From: Somniosus microcephalus
Lineage: Eukaryota
Assembly (NCBI GenBank): GCA_052327205.1
Contig: CM126224.1
Location: 28,892,001-28,956,000 of the forward strand
Direction: 5' to 3'
DNA length: 64,000 bases
The translations under genes were made by a program, and so were the position numbers. This document shows, piece after piece, positions 22,385-36,557 of this stretch (its first letter is position 1; each line of letters starts with the position of its first letter). The notes beneath the pieces are model-generated. The model saw only the letters and a program-made list of their open reading frames with translations. It did no database searches and was not told the DNA's origin.

Positions 22385-22965
22385 AACGATAGACGTTTAC
22401 AGCAGAAAGGGGCCATTCAGCCCTTGATGTTTGTGCCAGCTCTTGGTTGGAGCAATTCAAAATGAATCCCATTGCCCCGCACCCTCCCCAAAGCCCTGCA
22501 CATTTCTCTACTTCAAATATTTATCCAATTTATCCCTGAAAAGATGCAATGGTCTCTGCCTCAATCAATCCCTGTGGCAAAGCATTCCATGCTCCACTAA
22601 TATTGTACCTTAGGAAATTTCTGTTAACCTCTCTGCATTCTCTTAGTGACAATTCTAAATTGATAATGTCTTGTCACTAGCCCCCCTTGCCAGAGGAAGG
22701 AGTCTTTCCTTAATCACTCTATCAAAACTCTTGATAATTTAAAAAACTTCTGAGCCTTCTCTGATCCAGTGGAATAGTCCCAGTATCTCCAGTCTCTCCT
22801 CATAACTATAGTTTCTCATCCCTGACATTGTCTTGGTGAATCTATGCTGTACATACACTATGGCTTTAATATCCTTTCTATAATGAGGCACTCAAAACTG
22901 TACACAGTTCTCTAACTGTGGTCTAACCAGAGTTTTGTATAAATTTATCATTACTTCTTTACTGT
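22385..22965 (-). mobile_element. Old CR1 3' end
   Basis: ggccattcagccc, aaatatttatccaatttatccctgaa, ggtgaatctatgctg and caaaactgtacacag match the CR1 reverse complement. Confidence 0.8.
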
Positions 22966-23001
22966 TTATACTTTGTTGCTATTTATAAGATCCAAAGTAT
23001 T

Positions 23002-23723
23002 GGGCCAGATTTTGCCAAAATAATGTTGAGGCTAATGGCGCTCACTGTTCTTTATGCATAAATGGTACAGCAACTTCAGGCGAGGAGCAGATGCGAGATT
23101 AAATGTCAATATCCAAAAGTTGCTGTCCAAGTTGAGCCACTCCGCTGTCAGCTTCTCAAAAACAGCATTTCGCTGTCTGTCTCATCATTGAAATGCATTG
23201 AATGGCGTGAGGTTGCTGTATATGCACGGTAGATACAAACTAAACTCGCCACAGAAAGTTCAGTCTTGTCATTTCAAGTCTAAGTAACCTTTTAACAATG
23301 TGATAAGTGTTAATTACTGCCAGTCAACCTCTTCTACACTGAAAATTAACTAACGTGAAGTTTCATTCCTTAAGGTATCAATTGTTGGAGATTGAAAAAA
23401 TGTCATTTAAAATGTTTACTTTATTTAACTTTTCCTTTCTGTCTCTTTTTCTCGCTCTCTTAATCCAATCTTTCTTTCCCTCTCTTTATTTCTCTTTCTA
23501 TACCAGATTTGACATTGAATTCACATACTCTAATTCACCCTCCTGCTCAGTCTTTCTGCTGTTTATTTCTCAGTCCTTGAATTTGATTGGTTGAGGAGAT
23601 GCACTGTTTGGTTGCCCTGTTCACTGAGGTCTCAGATGCCCTGTTTCCCTCGCTGCACTGTTATTTTGAAGGAGGCAAGTCTAACACACAGCAGCGATGC
23701 CCTACTACAGCAAATTCTGGCCC
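23002..23723. mobile_element. MITE with 14-bp TIR and ATT TSD
   Basis: ATT|GGGCCAGATTTTGC...GCAAATTCTGGCCC|ATT; internal homology to 38623-39150 and 45885-46563. Confidence 0.9.
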
Positions 23724-24404
23724 ATTGTTTGCCTTTTTTGTGCCTTTTTCAACTTGCACTTCCAAGGAATTACATTTTTAAACCTGTTACAAGTTTAGGA
23801 TCTTGCCTTACATTTTCTCTAAGCACAACGATGCCAGCCACTCCCGTTAGCATTCTGAGCATCTTATGTTTTGGGGTATGCCCGTACTGCCCAATATCTA
23901 ACTACACAATAGTGTAACCCAGAGTTGTAACTGGATTTTACTATGATATAGTTAAAAATTGAGCAATATGGGTGCACCCATAGTAACAATAGTACCCCCT
24001 TGTCACCCAAACCGGATATTTGTGTCTTTCCCACTTGCCCCAATCTGCTTCTACAGTTTTTTAAAGGCCACTTGAGAAAACACTTAGCAAGGAAAAGCCA
24101 AATACAAATTATTAAGCTGTTTTATCTCACAGGCAGCCAATTAACATACATAGTAACAGTTGAGTTTGGACTCGCTTAATTCAATCAGTACAACTTGTCT
24201 TCACGTAACAACACAAAATAATGAACACGCTACACTACCCATATCAGTGGGTCTTCTTGCTTGACTTAAACAAAATAATTTCTAACTGCTCTCCTGCATT
24301 TCAACCTTCTCGCAGCCTTTGCTGCCCTTGCAGCTTCCTGTTTATTTAATAAAAAATCTGACTGCCTGTGTGTCTTTTTCTTTAACTCTGTGTTCACAGT
24401 CTGC

Positions 24405-24710
24405 ATTTTTGGAGATGGTATCTTTCAGATAAAACATGAAACCGAAGTCCTCTCTGCCTATTGAGGTGGATGGATAAGATCTCATGACACTATTTGAAGA
24501 AGAGTTCTCCGACTGTCCTGGCCATTACTCCTCTCTCAGCCAACATCATTTAACACAGATAACCTGATCATTCGTCTCATTTGTTGCCTTCGAACCTTGC
24601 TGTGTGCTCCATTTGCCTGTATGACAACAGTGACTATACTTCATTGGATGTGAAGTGTTGAGGAACACCCTGAGGACATGATAAGATATTCTATAAATGA
24701 AAGTTCCTCT
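24405..24710 (+). mobile_element. Degenerate Deu-domain SINE
   Basis: aaaccgaagtcc, ggtggatggataagatctcatgacactatttgaagaagag, caacagtgactatacttca. Confidence 0.75.
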
Positions 24711-27700
24711 CCTTTCATATCTCTTCTGATGGAAAACATCATAGTCTGTTCCTTATATACCCTCTCTTTCTGCTTACACTGCTGCCTACCATACCTGTTG
24801 ATAGAATTGAGTTTTTCATGAAATTTTAAAGTTAAATTACTTTTGGAGAGATTGGTTTGAAGAAAAAATTTGATATTGTACACAAAAATCAATTTATTTT
24901 AAGCATTGCTGATAGTTGGACTATCAACAACTATATGTGCATTATACTATGATTGTATCTTTTGTCGGAAATTCAGTTATCTATCTGCATGTATGGATAT
25001 ACTTGACGCTTAACTTTGAAACACTAAATAGTGTTATTAATGACTTAAGAATCATTATATTTTAGAATACATTTGCCAACTCATAACCAACTAGTATAAG
25101 CTACACTAAACAGGTGGAAAGGTTCCCAATTCTTTTAACAAAAAATCTGAAGAAAGTGTAAGCCTACAAACGATAGCAAAAATAAATACAACAGGAGTAT
25201 ATGAACAAAAACCTATATGAAGATGAGCAGGCAAATCTTCTCCTTTCCAATTGTACCTTTAGGTTTGGAGTAAATTGGAAAGAAAGTGAGAGAGAACTAA
25301 ACGAAGCAAGAAGGAAAATGGGTCCCTATCATTTTGTGGGGGGTGCTGCTGAGGACAAGGCAGGGTCGTTTACTGGAGAACTGAACAATTTTCAATGCAG
25401 TGACGTGATCAGTACAAAAGGGGAGTGAAAAATAAGAGACTCTGGAATGCACTGACTTCCACGTATTCCTTTGATGGTTCCTCTTTTGGTTAGCCCAAGA
25501 GTATAATAAAATACTTATTAACTACAGCTTTTGGTCTGTAAGATAAATTATTGCCTCCAGTTGCAGAAGTGACTGCTAGTGTGAAATAATGCCCTTGCAC
25601 TTTTGCCTTCTATTATAAATCATTCTTGTCTCTTCTCTAACCTTTGTTGGTCTAAACAGATGCTATGGTCAATTTTTTAGCAGTTCCATAATTTTAATTG
25701 GTAGCCTGAAATGGTTGGACTTAAAATTAAACTGCTTCACACAAGGCGTAGTGATACCATGTGTTGGTGGACACAGGTTTGTCCCACAGTTCTTCCAATT
25801 TCTACCGTACTCTGTGGTAGGTGCTGAGTATGGGCTTTGGTGTTTTCCCAATAGATGGGAGCTCGTATCAGTAGGCAAGTTGTTTTGGGCTGTTTATTAC
25901 CACTTCCTGACAGCCAGCTCAAAAACAGCATAGGGAAAGACTTAGACTTGCTTCCTCTCAGCCAAGAATGATCTGTTGTCCACCTTTATTGTGAAAGATA
26001 GTACAATTTTTCAAAATATGAGTAAAGGGGAGGGAGGAAAAGTGTGGTTAATTAACATTTTACTTAAGTTAGAACACACAGTTTGAGGCTGCATTATACT
26101 TTCTAGTGCGTTTTCAAGCCGTACTCCATCAGGCAAAGGCTATTAATCATTCAGAGCAGAAACATAAACATTGGGGAATTTTACAGTATTTGTACACCCC
26201 AATTACAAATGTAGTTCTCTATGTTTAAATATAAATATAAGTAGAGTGATTCAATTTATATCTATCTGATCTGAATCTAGCCCATTTGTCATGTGCAATT
26301 GGGACTTCAGTGATATTAGTAATCATAGTTAGAACTTCATTTATTGCTAACATTTTCTGTACAATTTGATTTTCTTTTTGTATAGCCAATTTAATTTCAA
26401 TTGTGCTGTATGCAAAATGCTTAGCAATAAAAGTGTGCCATGTATGGCCTGTTGTGCCAAAATATTACATCTATCATAAGTAACACAATTGAAGTTCTGG
26501 TTCACAAATATGTAGTACATCATAGGCTTTAAACTGTCAAAGGACTGCCAAAAACATGCATGTAACATTATGGTTCTATGTAACTCTACAGTATTGCTTC
26601 GACTACACATAACCCATAAAGCTAAGAACAGAATGTTTTGTCTAAATTTACTCTTCCAAAAATTATACCTGGAGTACGTTAAATACCAGTTAAATTGCAG
26701 GATGCGGATAACGCTTAAAAACCACTCAACCTTTGGTCTTCTGGTTTCATCTGAAAGCCTTCTAACTCATTCTACCTATCAGTAATTGTAGATTAGTTTG
26801 GTGCCACACTACGGTCTGAATATAATATTAAATGAAACATGAATGCAAGTATAGCTTATTTTATAATCGCAGGCTGCCAGAGTTGAAGATTGATGTTATG
26901 GTTTATGTTTTCACTGATCTCATATATTTGAAAATTGACATTCTAGAAAAAAAACTGTGCATCTTAAATACAGAGTGGTCCCCTAAACAACTTGTTAAAG
27001 AAACCTTACAAATAACTAATTTGGAATAAACTAAAGATTTTGTGCAAGAACAGGTCAACAGGCAACTGCTAGTGAATACATCTCCCCTTAGTGGAATTGA
27101 AATGCTTTGTAAGGTTTTCTCTCTGAACTATTTGGCTGCCTGACCATGTGTCCTAAGGCACTTAAGTTGTCCTGCAATCATTTATCAGATTTCCCAACAA
27201 ACCTGGTGAGTAACTACTTCACTTAAGACTGGGTTCCCTTGATTCCTATTTGTTATTCTCTTAAGAACTCAAAGGCACTTTTTTTGCACTTTTGACCATA
27301 CTCTTCATGCTAGAAGGTGGAAATGTAGGGAAGCTATTTGGAGGTACTTCTGTCAATCTAGTAACTCAAAACATTGTCACACGCTACTGCAACAAATTTT
27401 ATTATATTTTTGCATATATCTGAATATTTAGCAATTCAGAACTTTACATATATGCTATTTGCAATTCCCAGAAGAGAATGTCTATCATATTTGGCAGAGA
27501 TTTATTAGCCTACAAATCTTCCAACTATGTAATGCTATCATTGCATCAGCTGAAAGAAAAATGAGTCCCAGAAATTACAGTTGTACCAGCAATTATGTAT
27601 TTTGTCTGTTGGCATTTTGTATTTAGCTAAATCCTATTTAGATACATTTTGCACTTGTTTAGTTCTATCAAATCAGATTGTACGGTTTCATTAAGATACA

Positions 27701-28282
27701 GCTGCTTCACTTATGTCAAGTTATCATGCTGCCTATAGGGACTTCAGGATAGCAGTGGAGCTGGTTGAGAAGCTTCAAATGGAAGATCTGGGATCAGAGC
27801 AGGAAAGCTGGAGAAACCGTATCAAGGGAATAGGTAAACTAATAAAATGACAACGTAGCCAGATTGTGTTTGGAATGAAGTGAGACCAGGACTGTGTATC
27901 TAACGTGGAGGATGTTGGCTATCAGCTATTGGGCCAATCAGGTTGGCAGTGGGGGAGGGGGTGGAGTGATTATGAACCACAGATTTAATTTTTAAAAATA
28001 AATAAACAGGTAAGTGATCGGAAAGAGTTGAGAACAAGAAGAAAAAAGGGATCAATATTCATCAAAAATGACGCTTATTCAGTTACATCATAATGTTGTA
28101 AGTATTGAATGGGTTATCCCTTCCTGGTATCTCTGTAATCTCCACAAGGCTGACGAACAAAGATATCAGAAATTGATTATCATCTGCATCATGAGTTAAA
28201 AGTATTTTTCTCATCAAACTACTGTCATTTATATCACTTGGAGTATATTTTCAACTGAAATTTTAAAAAACTTAAATTTTGA

Positions 28283-28720
28283 GTGTGTCAGCCGTGGTAG
28301 CACTCTTGCCTTTGAGTCAGAAGACTGCGGGTTTAAGTCCTGCTCAGGAGACTTGAGCACAAAATCTAGGCTGACACTCCAGTGCAATACTAAGGGAGTT
28401 TTTCGGATGAGGTTAAACCGAGGCCCCGTCTCCCCCCTCGGGTGGACATAAAAGATCCCATGGCACTATTTTGAAGAAGAGCAGGGGAGTTCTCCCTGGT
28501 GTCCTGGCCAATATTTATCCCTCAATCAACATCACTAAAATATATCTGGTCATTATCACATTGCTGTTTGTGCAACCTTGCTGTGCACAAATTGGCTGCC
28601 ACATTTCCTATATTGCAACAGTGTCTACACTTCAAAGTACATTGGCTGTAAAGTGCTTTGGGACGTCCTGAGATTGTGAAAGATGCTATATAAATGCATG
28701 TTTTTCTTTATTTCTTTCTT
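28283..28720 (+). mobile_element. Deu-domain tRNA-SINE (SacSINE1-like)
   Basis: tRNA-like head (gtcagccgtggtagcactc...gggtttaagtcc), Deu core aaaccgaggcccc...aaagatcccatggcactattttgaagaagagcagggg, L2 tail. Confidence 0.9.
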
Positions 28721-28941
28721 TGTATTTTTCTTGTCTTTGTACCGCTAAGAAAATGGTTGAAACTTCTTTATGGTGCTGCTTTTGTATTGGGTGTTATATC
28801 AGCAGAAGTACTTTTATTTCTGTTGATATTTTTCCATATGTGTAATAGAAATAAAATTACAGGGGTGTATGTGTGGCATTATAAACATCAGCCAAACCCC
28901 AAGAATCTGTGCAATCCAGAAATACATTCCAACTTTTAAAT

Positions 28942-29330
28942 TTGGAATTTAGAAGAATGAGAGGTGATATTGAAACATATAAGATACTGAGGGGGCTCGA
29001 CAAGGTAGATGCCCCTCATGGGGGAACCTAGAACTCGGGGGCATAGTTTCAGAATAAAGGGTCGCCCTTTTAGAACTGAGATGAGGAGGAATTTCTTCTC
29101 TGAGGGTCGTAAATCTGTGGAATTCTCTGCCCCAGAGAGCTGTGGAGGCTGGGTCATTAAATACATTTAAGGTGGAGATAGACAAATTTTTGCAAGATAA
29201 GGGAGTGAAGGGTTATGGGGAGCGGGCAGGGAAGTGGCTTTGAGCCCAAGATCAGCCATGATCTAATTGAATGGTGGAGCAGGCTCGAGGGGCCAAGTGG
29301 CCTATTCCTGCTCCTATTGCTTATGTTCTT
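28942..29330 (+). mobile_element. CR1 3' end
   Basis: gaatttagaagaatgagaggtgat...aatctgtggaattctctgccccagag...atcagccatgatctaattgaatgg...cttatgttctta. Confidence 0.9.
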
Positions 29331-30199
29331 ACGTTCTAACACGATAGAACTGGTTATCTCTGTGGTAAATTTAAATTCTTGTTTATCACCAACAAAAATA
29401 AACTTAGCACAATTATATCTAGTTTTGAAGCAGTGTTTAAATTTACTGCAAAAATGCACACCCCAAATCCCATGAGGATTTTCTAAAGAGATTTTAAAAA
29501 GTTTCACAATGTTCAGATTCCCAGTTCAGTGCCTAAACTTCTAAGAAATATAAATAAGAACAAAGAACATTTAGCCCATCGATCTTGCTTTATAATTAAC
29601 TTTCTATTGCAGGTCCTAATCTGACTGTTTTGCAGCGTCTTCAATCTCAAACACATATCCCTATTTTCTTTGCTGAATCAGGAATTGATCCATTCCCTTT
29701 TGAATGTGTCAATATATACTGCACTCGTTGACCATTAGTCAGTGCTGTAAGCACGAAGTCTGAAATCACTTTTTTAAATTATAAAATAGGCTGTGAACCT
29801 CGGGGGGTGATTTTACTTTATTCAGCATTATGTCTGCTATTTCTGCTGCAGTCCTTAGCACAGATGTCCCTGCCCAGTGTGCTATCATTGATGTATGGAT
29901 GACAATGCATGTTGAAGGATCAACAATTGTGACCATGTTGCTATAGAATAACCTGTGTTGACTACAAGAAATAATATGGCCAGTGGACAATCATACATAA
30001 TATGTGGTCTATGCTGTGCTGCTGCCTATAGTTAAACTGAATTATGTAGTCATATATTTATGTGTATCCTATTGATTGTGTTGTCTAGGTGACATTTTGT
30101 TTTATGATTTTGTTAAAATAATTCTTTAGCAATATTTTAAAAATATATTAATTTAAATGTATTTGAATTTTTACTAATCTGCCTGGCTTCCTCACATTT

Positions 30200-31150
30200 T
30201 CATGCAGCACCTACACAAGAGTCCATCAGAAAAGTATGCTTGCCTCCATTCTTTTTGCCTTCAGTAACATAATGAGTGTCATTAAAGGAGATTATTTTTT
30301 TTGCAGACAGCACCAGCCTCTACAGAGTGGTTCACTCTCCATCTGAAGGGTGAGCAGCAACTGAATCACTTTAGGCAGATATAGACAGAATTGGACAGTG
30401 GACTGACAAATGGTGTGTGATCTTCAGCACTAGGAAGATCGTCAATAATAATGTCAAGAAAGGTTAGGTGTGATATTGTCCAACTATCTCTTGATTGTAG
30501 ATACTCTCTTCAATCACTAACATCTAGCACCTTAGCTTGGTAATCATGTCTGAGCTCTGCTGGGACAAATAGGAGATGAAGACAGCTATAATCCTCAGTC
30601 AGCAGCATCAGTCTTTTACACACCCTGCTTGGCAGGCTGCTGAGGAAAATACATTTCTTGTTCGCAGACTTTGTGCACTCCAAAAATATCAAAGGCATTT
30701 AATGGATGCGGGTAGCATGCTCCATGCAAGAATCCATTCTCAACAGTACTGTGGAGACAAAGCAAAGCTGTTAGTCCTCTTTTAGGATAATAACCAGAAC
30801 AGTACTCATTGGGTCCCTAGTACGGAAATAAGATTTCCATCTTTGTGGCAGGGAAACGGGAGATGTTGAAGCTACATGTTAACATTCGGTAACAATTCAA
30901 AATATCCAGACATGGCATCAACAATAAACCTTTTGTATACAACTTCTGCTCCCTGTGAAACTCTTCCAGACAGCTTGGTTCCATGCAGCACCACGGTGTT
31001 TAAAACGGGTATTATGCCATAGAAAGATTCATTCTCACCATTGTCACACCTGACCAAGATCATGTGACTTTTGGACTCTTGGCAAGCACCATGATCAATC
31101 CCATAAGATATTTGTTGCTATTGCAGTTGCCACGGCTGCACCTTTATTAT
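30200..31150 (+). mobile_element. Very old CR1-group LINE 3' remnant
   Basis: ttttttgcagacagcaccagcctc (FADD-like), tggactgacaaatggtgtgtgatcttcag, ends in aataaaaaa; similar to 47250-47560. Confidence 0.5.
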
Positions 31151-31535
31151 GCTAATCTATGTTGCAATAAAAAACATTTATGTGAGTAGCAATTTGAATT
31201 TCTATAGCCTATGACTTAAGAAAAACCTTAATAATCAAACTTTAAAAAAAATTATATAGATATTTCACCTTGTGCTCTGACTTGCAATCTGAAGAACAAT
31301 TAACTCTGGTTGTCCTCGCCCTTTGCAGTTCCCCCAGCACTTGATAAAACCATGATTTACCTTTGGCTCTGTTTTACTTGAGAAATTGTGGTCTTAAAGG
31401 ACCACAGATCCCATCCTAACAGAAGAATAATAAATTGTGTGTTTCATAGTATAAACACTCCTGTCCTTTTTAAAACAGCGCAACATCTGACTTACTATTA
31501 ACAACATCGGAGTTCCACTAGTATGTATAAACACT

Positions 31536-32078
31536 GGCCCTGAAATTCCTGGGCAGGAGAGAGCAAAAAGTCTGATTTCTGTAAGGGAAGGGAGCAGAAT
31601 TTGTGACACAACCCACCATTGCCAGGATTTTGCTTCATTTGCCCCGGCCTTTTAAATTGTGGTGTGAGGGGTCATGCCACCTACCTCAAAGGGGCCTGTC
31701 AGGGAGATTACAGGATTCCCTGAGAAATAACACCCTTTGCAAGCTTGAAAGACCTCAGCAGAACTCTGCCACAAGTCTCTTTGAGGTCTGAAAGGGCTCG
31801 AACCTTTATTAGTCTAAGCTAAGTTAAATGGCCTCTTTGGAGCTGAAGACTGAAGAAAAGTCTCTTATTTTTGTTTTCCTCTTTGAGCCTTGAGTGATCT
31901 CTGGCAGAGTGGAGATGGATCAAGCTGAGGCGAGCGCCACTAATGCAGACTTGCAGGCATCGGTGACCCTCTCCTCATTATTTGGAATGGGGTCTCTTGC
32001 CAAAAGTGAGGGGAGTCAGGGGTTCTGCTGCTCTGCATTTGCACTAGCAGAGTGAACCTCCCCAGGAGTTTTGGGGTT
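31536..32078. mobile_element. Older GGCCC-terminal MITE with ACT TSD
   Basis: ACT|GGCCCTGAAATTCCTGGG...CCCAGGAGTTTTGGGGTT|ACT; 13/18 TIR match, all mismatches are transitions. Confidence 0.7.
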
Positions 32079-33039
32079 ACTGGGTTTAGTGTGCATTTTG
32101 TCCAGCATGTCACCCATCCTGCATCACACTTAAGGCATCACACCTTTGTGTTGAGATTTCTTGCAGCTGAGTGGCTGCATTTATTGATAAAATAGCAGCA
32201 AATTGTGACTGAACAGGTAGGAAACTTGCCAATCAGCAGTGCGTGGGATTGCAAATCACCCATCATGAAGTTCAAAAAAACAATCGATCAATACTGGGCA
32301 GTCAGCAACTGTTACCAATGAGGAAGGTGGAACCAAACAAATTAATCCAAATATTTTTTGAAAATCCTTTCAGCTTTCTCCTTGGTTTCCCTGTTAAACT
32401 GGCACTTACAACTGAAAATAAGGTTTGTCACATAAAAACATAAAAATTACAATAAAATAATGGAACTTATTTATTCAATACCAGTTTCTGTGCTTGTAAT
32501 AGTGGTATCTGTTGGAGAGCTGAGCCCTGAGTTCGTGCAGCTTTTCAAGCCCATCACTGGTAGCTGCAGAGATGCAAGCTAGCAGACCACAATTCCCAGG
32601 ATGTACCTGTGCATACAATTCAAGAAATTGTATGATTTACAGCAAGGCTGGCTATCTACAGAACACAGCAGGATTTGCTATTTGTAAGCTCCACCCCTCC
32701 AATGAAAAATTACCGAGAATGGAAGTCTCCAGGGAAAAATATCTTTAGGTTATCTTGATATTTCTAGCTACTGCTAAAGACTGAATTTTTCAACTTTTTC
32801 TGAGGTATCTTCCAAACCAAAAATGTGTAGTGTATGCTAGCTGATGTCCTGCAACTACAGTCGATAAGTACAGTAAGAGAACCAAACCTGAACACAGCTG
32901 AGAGGTCTAGTGAATAGAGAAGGACTGAGAGAAGATCTCCACACTTTGTAATGCATTTTAAATGCGTACAGCAGCTGATTCTTATTTATGTTTATTTGAG
33001 CAATGGTTGTTTTTATATCCTCCATCCACTGTACCATCA

Positions 33040-34130
33040 GTCACTGGCCCTCCCACAGCAGTCCCAATTGTCTTATCCCCTGTCCTGACGAGTAGCGTGC
33101 CGGTTCCATCTCTCGGGTTAATCTTTTGAGCCTTCACCCCAACCACCTTTCCTTTTCCATTGCCCCCGACTAGTGGGTCTTCCACCACCAGTGTGACGTG
33201 CATTGCTCTCCAGAATATTTGCTGTTTTGCAAACACAACCATCACCCATATGCATGTGGAAAACCAGCTCTACCTTTCCACAACTTTCTTCAACTCCACA
33301 ATCATCTCTGTCCTGTGGTTGAGCCAGAATTTCCCCCTAGTTGTTGGAAGACTGAAGCCCTGCCAGAATCTCTGTGTTTTATAGAATCCATCGCTCCTCA
33401 CTCAGTGCACTCTAACAGCCCTAATTGATTCTGAACTGAACTTCAAACCCCACGTCCTACCCATCAGCAAGATCATTTTGTTCTATCTCCACAGCATTGC
33501 CCTCCTCTACACATAACCCACTCCCATTGTTACTAAAACTCTCATGCATGCTATCAATACCTTTAGTTTCATTACCTCTAAAACCAGCACAGGCACAGTA
33601 GGTTGAATGGCCTCCGTTTTTGCTGTCATTTCAATGATTCTAGACTTCTCCAATACCCTCATTGACAACCTCCTGAGCTTCACCCTCTACAAACTCCAAC
33701 TTGTGCAAAGATTTGCTGCCTGCATCATCTTCTGCACTGAGTTCCGCTTGCTTATCAAGCTTGTCCTTATCAATTTGCATTGGTTCCCTGTTTCTCAATG
33801 CATCAAATTTAAAATCCCTCCATGGTCTCGCCCCACCTATTTCTGCAACTGTTGGCGGTCTTAAAATAATCCTGTGCCCTTTGATGCACTGACACCTGTT
33901 TATCTCCTCCCATCAGTGATGAAAGAGCCTTCAGCTACTTTACCCTACTCTCTCAACCTCCTTTTCTGAATCCTTCCACCTTGCTGCTTCTTTCCCCATC
34001 TTTGAAAATGTAGTCATCGGCTTTAAGACGGTTTTCAGTCACTTCTCCCAACATTCTCACTGCTGCTGTCTATTTTCTCCTCTTTAAAGTGCCTTGGGAC
34101 ATTTTCTGTGTTAAAGAGGCTGCATAAACA
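33040..34130 (+). mobile_element. Degenerate L2 3' region
   Basis: cagaatttcccc, tagacttctccaat, aaactccaacttgtgcaaa, ttgcattggttccctgtt...aaatttaaaat, gccttgggacattttc. Confidence 0.75.
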
Positions 34131-34577
34131 ATAGGAAGGACTATACCAAGTTTGGAGGGAAGTTCTGAAAAATAAGTTTAAAAATTAAAACATTTATTTC
34201 AGTTTATTTTCGTAACACTGCTGCTGCATTTGAAAAAGAAGGAAATTAGTTTAGTATTTTCTTAATTTTTTTTTGTCTTTCTCTAAAAATCTACATTATA
34301 ACCACGTGCTTAGTGAAGACATTACATGTAGTGACTTACTTATACATGTAATTGTGAGGGGACAATTTTATTTACCTACCTGCATGGTAATGAAAATAAT
34401 ATTTATTCATTTTCCAGGAACTAATAAAAAAAACAATTACTTCACTGTCTCTTGGGTGATCTGTTACAAAATTCTTTCCATGCAGATCACCATCCCTCCG
34501 CCTAGCAACAGCATAATCTCTGACTCACAGTGAGCAACATCACAGCATATGAAAAACTTTCATATAATCGATATCAA

Positions 34578-35012
34578 GAAAGAACTTCCATTTATATAGC
34601 GCCTTTCGTGATTTCAGGATGTCGCAAAGCGCTTTGCAGCCAATTAAGTACTTTTGAGGTATAGTCACTGTAGTAATATAGGAAACGTGGAAGCCCAATT
34701 GCACACAACAAGATCCCTCAAACAGCAATGAAATAAATGAGCAGATCATCTGTTTTTTTAGGTGTTTGTTGATGGATGAAAATCTTGGCACACACACTGA
34801 CAAAACTCCCCTGTTCTTCAAATAGTGCTATGGGATCTTTTCGGTCCACCTAAGAGGGGGCAGAGGAGGCCTCTGTTTAACATGTCATCTGAAAGACGGC
34901 ACCTCCAGCAGTGCACCACTTCCTCAGTATTGCACTGAAATGCTAACTTTAATTATGTGCTCAAGTCTCTGGAGTGGGGCTTGGGAGTGCTACCTCTGAG
35001 CCAAGCCTGATA
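34578..35012 (-). mobile_element. Deu-domain tRNA-SINE
   Basis: Reverse-complement match to 51897-52509. Confidence 0.88.
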
Positions 35013-36525
35013 CCTATTCTACCAGGTATCTTTGTATATGCCTGTAATATTTTGATATTCTTACAAGGCCTTCATTATCCACAGCCTGATCTTGAATAAG
35101 CCTCTACATCCTGGGCCTGACAGAAATCTGGCTCACAGGAAGCAATTCCAATCCGCTCAATGAAGTTGCTCAGTCTTGCTATACATTCCACCATGTCCTT
35201 TGCTCAAACCCTGGTGGCAAGGCTCTCATTTGTTAGTGATTCAAAAGTTGAGGTATTTTCTCTTACTACAGAGAGTAACACTAAAATACTTGTATATGAA
35301 ATAAAGAATAAATGCAAAGAGAGGATCACGAATTGCAATGATATTTGCAGATCTGTACATTCAGTTTCTCTCATCGATTTCCAATGGTTTGTGAGTAGTT
35401 TCGGAAACCTCATTTAACACTCTCTTTATGCCAGATCTTTGTGAGCATTATTCACTCTCTTGCAGCATGCATACTTTACACTCTACATACCAGGAGATTA
35501 GGAAAATGTTCTGTTAGCCGAGTCCTCAACTGGTAGGAAGGTAGCTGTAGTTTTATTGGTGATAGATATATCTCCATTCCTTATCGGAGATCATTAATGA
35601 ATAATGCATTGTTTTCGAGAGAGCAGATAAATTAGCCAGTTTCGTTTGTGAAGAAATATTTCAGCTTTGACTTGTACCTGTTCTTCATTGCTACATATTG
35701 AAATTCTGTATGTAGACACAGTCTTTTATCTGAAGCCGTTCTACGTTAATCCAGCAGCTTTGACAGCCTGACATAACCTATTTTGTCATTGACTGTGTAA
35801 ATCTGACATGTTAATTCATTTTTGTTTTTTCCCTGGGCAAAAGTTTGCTAATGGCAAAATATGTTTACAGTAACAAACCAGACCCTTATTTTTTCCACAG
35901 CTTTCTAAAGTACAAATCTTTTTTTTTAAAAACATGGTAATTTTAGATTATTACAAATAAAACCTGTTGTTTTTCCCCGAAAATTGGATTTGAATATGTT
36001 TTGTTGAATAGTTGCCATGTAGACTAGAGTAAATGACGAGATTCTCATATGAGCTAAAACTATAACCCATCCGGGAAAGGTTGGAATATGACGAATGGTT
36101 GTACATTCAACTTTTATATTTGTAACACATTTTTGAGAAATAACCTTCTAGACTCTTGCCAGGTAAGTAGAAAAGTGAACCGTGCCCAAATCAGGAGTTC
36201 CTTCAACTGCCCACCCCAAGCTTTGTATATCGACATGTTCTACGGATGTAGTTAAGATTTGGTTTAGAGAATTCAGAACTGCTTTTGTTTTTTTATTTTT
36301 TAAAGCTTTACGTGTGCTGTGCAGCTTGAATTCAAGGTTTTATGATCACTCATTGCTAAAGCACCAGAAAATAAAGCACCAGCAAAAAAGTAACTTAAAT
36401 GTTCTCACCTTAATAGTTCAGATTTGATTGATATTGTTATACGCAGGATGGTGTAAGTGTCTTTGTCAATCATATAATCCTTTGACTGTGACCTCATCAT
36501 CTCCTTCGCAGCACTGTCTTTGCTT

Positions 36526-36557
36526 GACTGACATCTAGTGGCCACTGTTAAATTACA
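36526..36557 (-). promoter_or_regulatory. Candidate CTCF site
   Basis: Minus strand TGTAATTTAACAGTGGCCACTAGATGTCAGT fits the CTCF core CCACYAGRKGKCAG; motif match only. Confidence 0.45.

Noticed and set aside
34486-34535. Exon-like segment (ttctttccatgcag ... gtgagc)
   Set aside because: 44 nt, frame-shifting, and the peptide does not resemble the next DENND1A exon.
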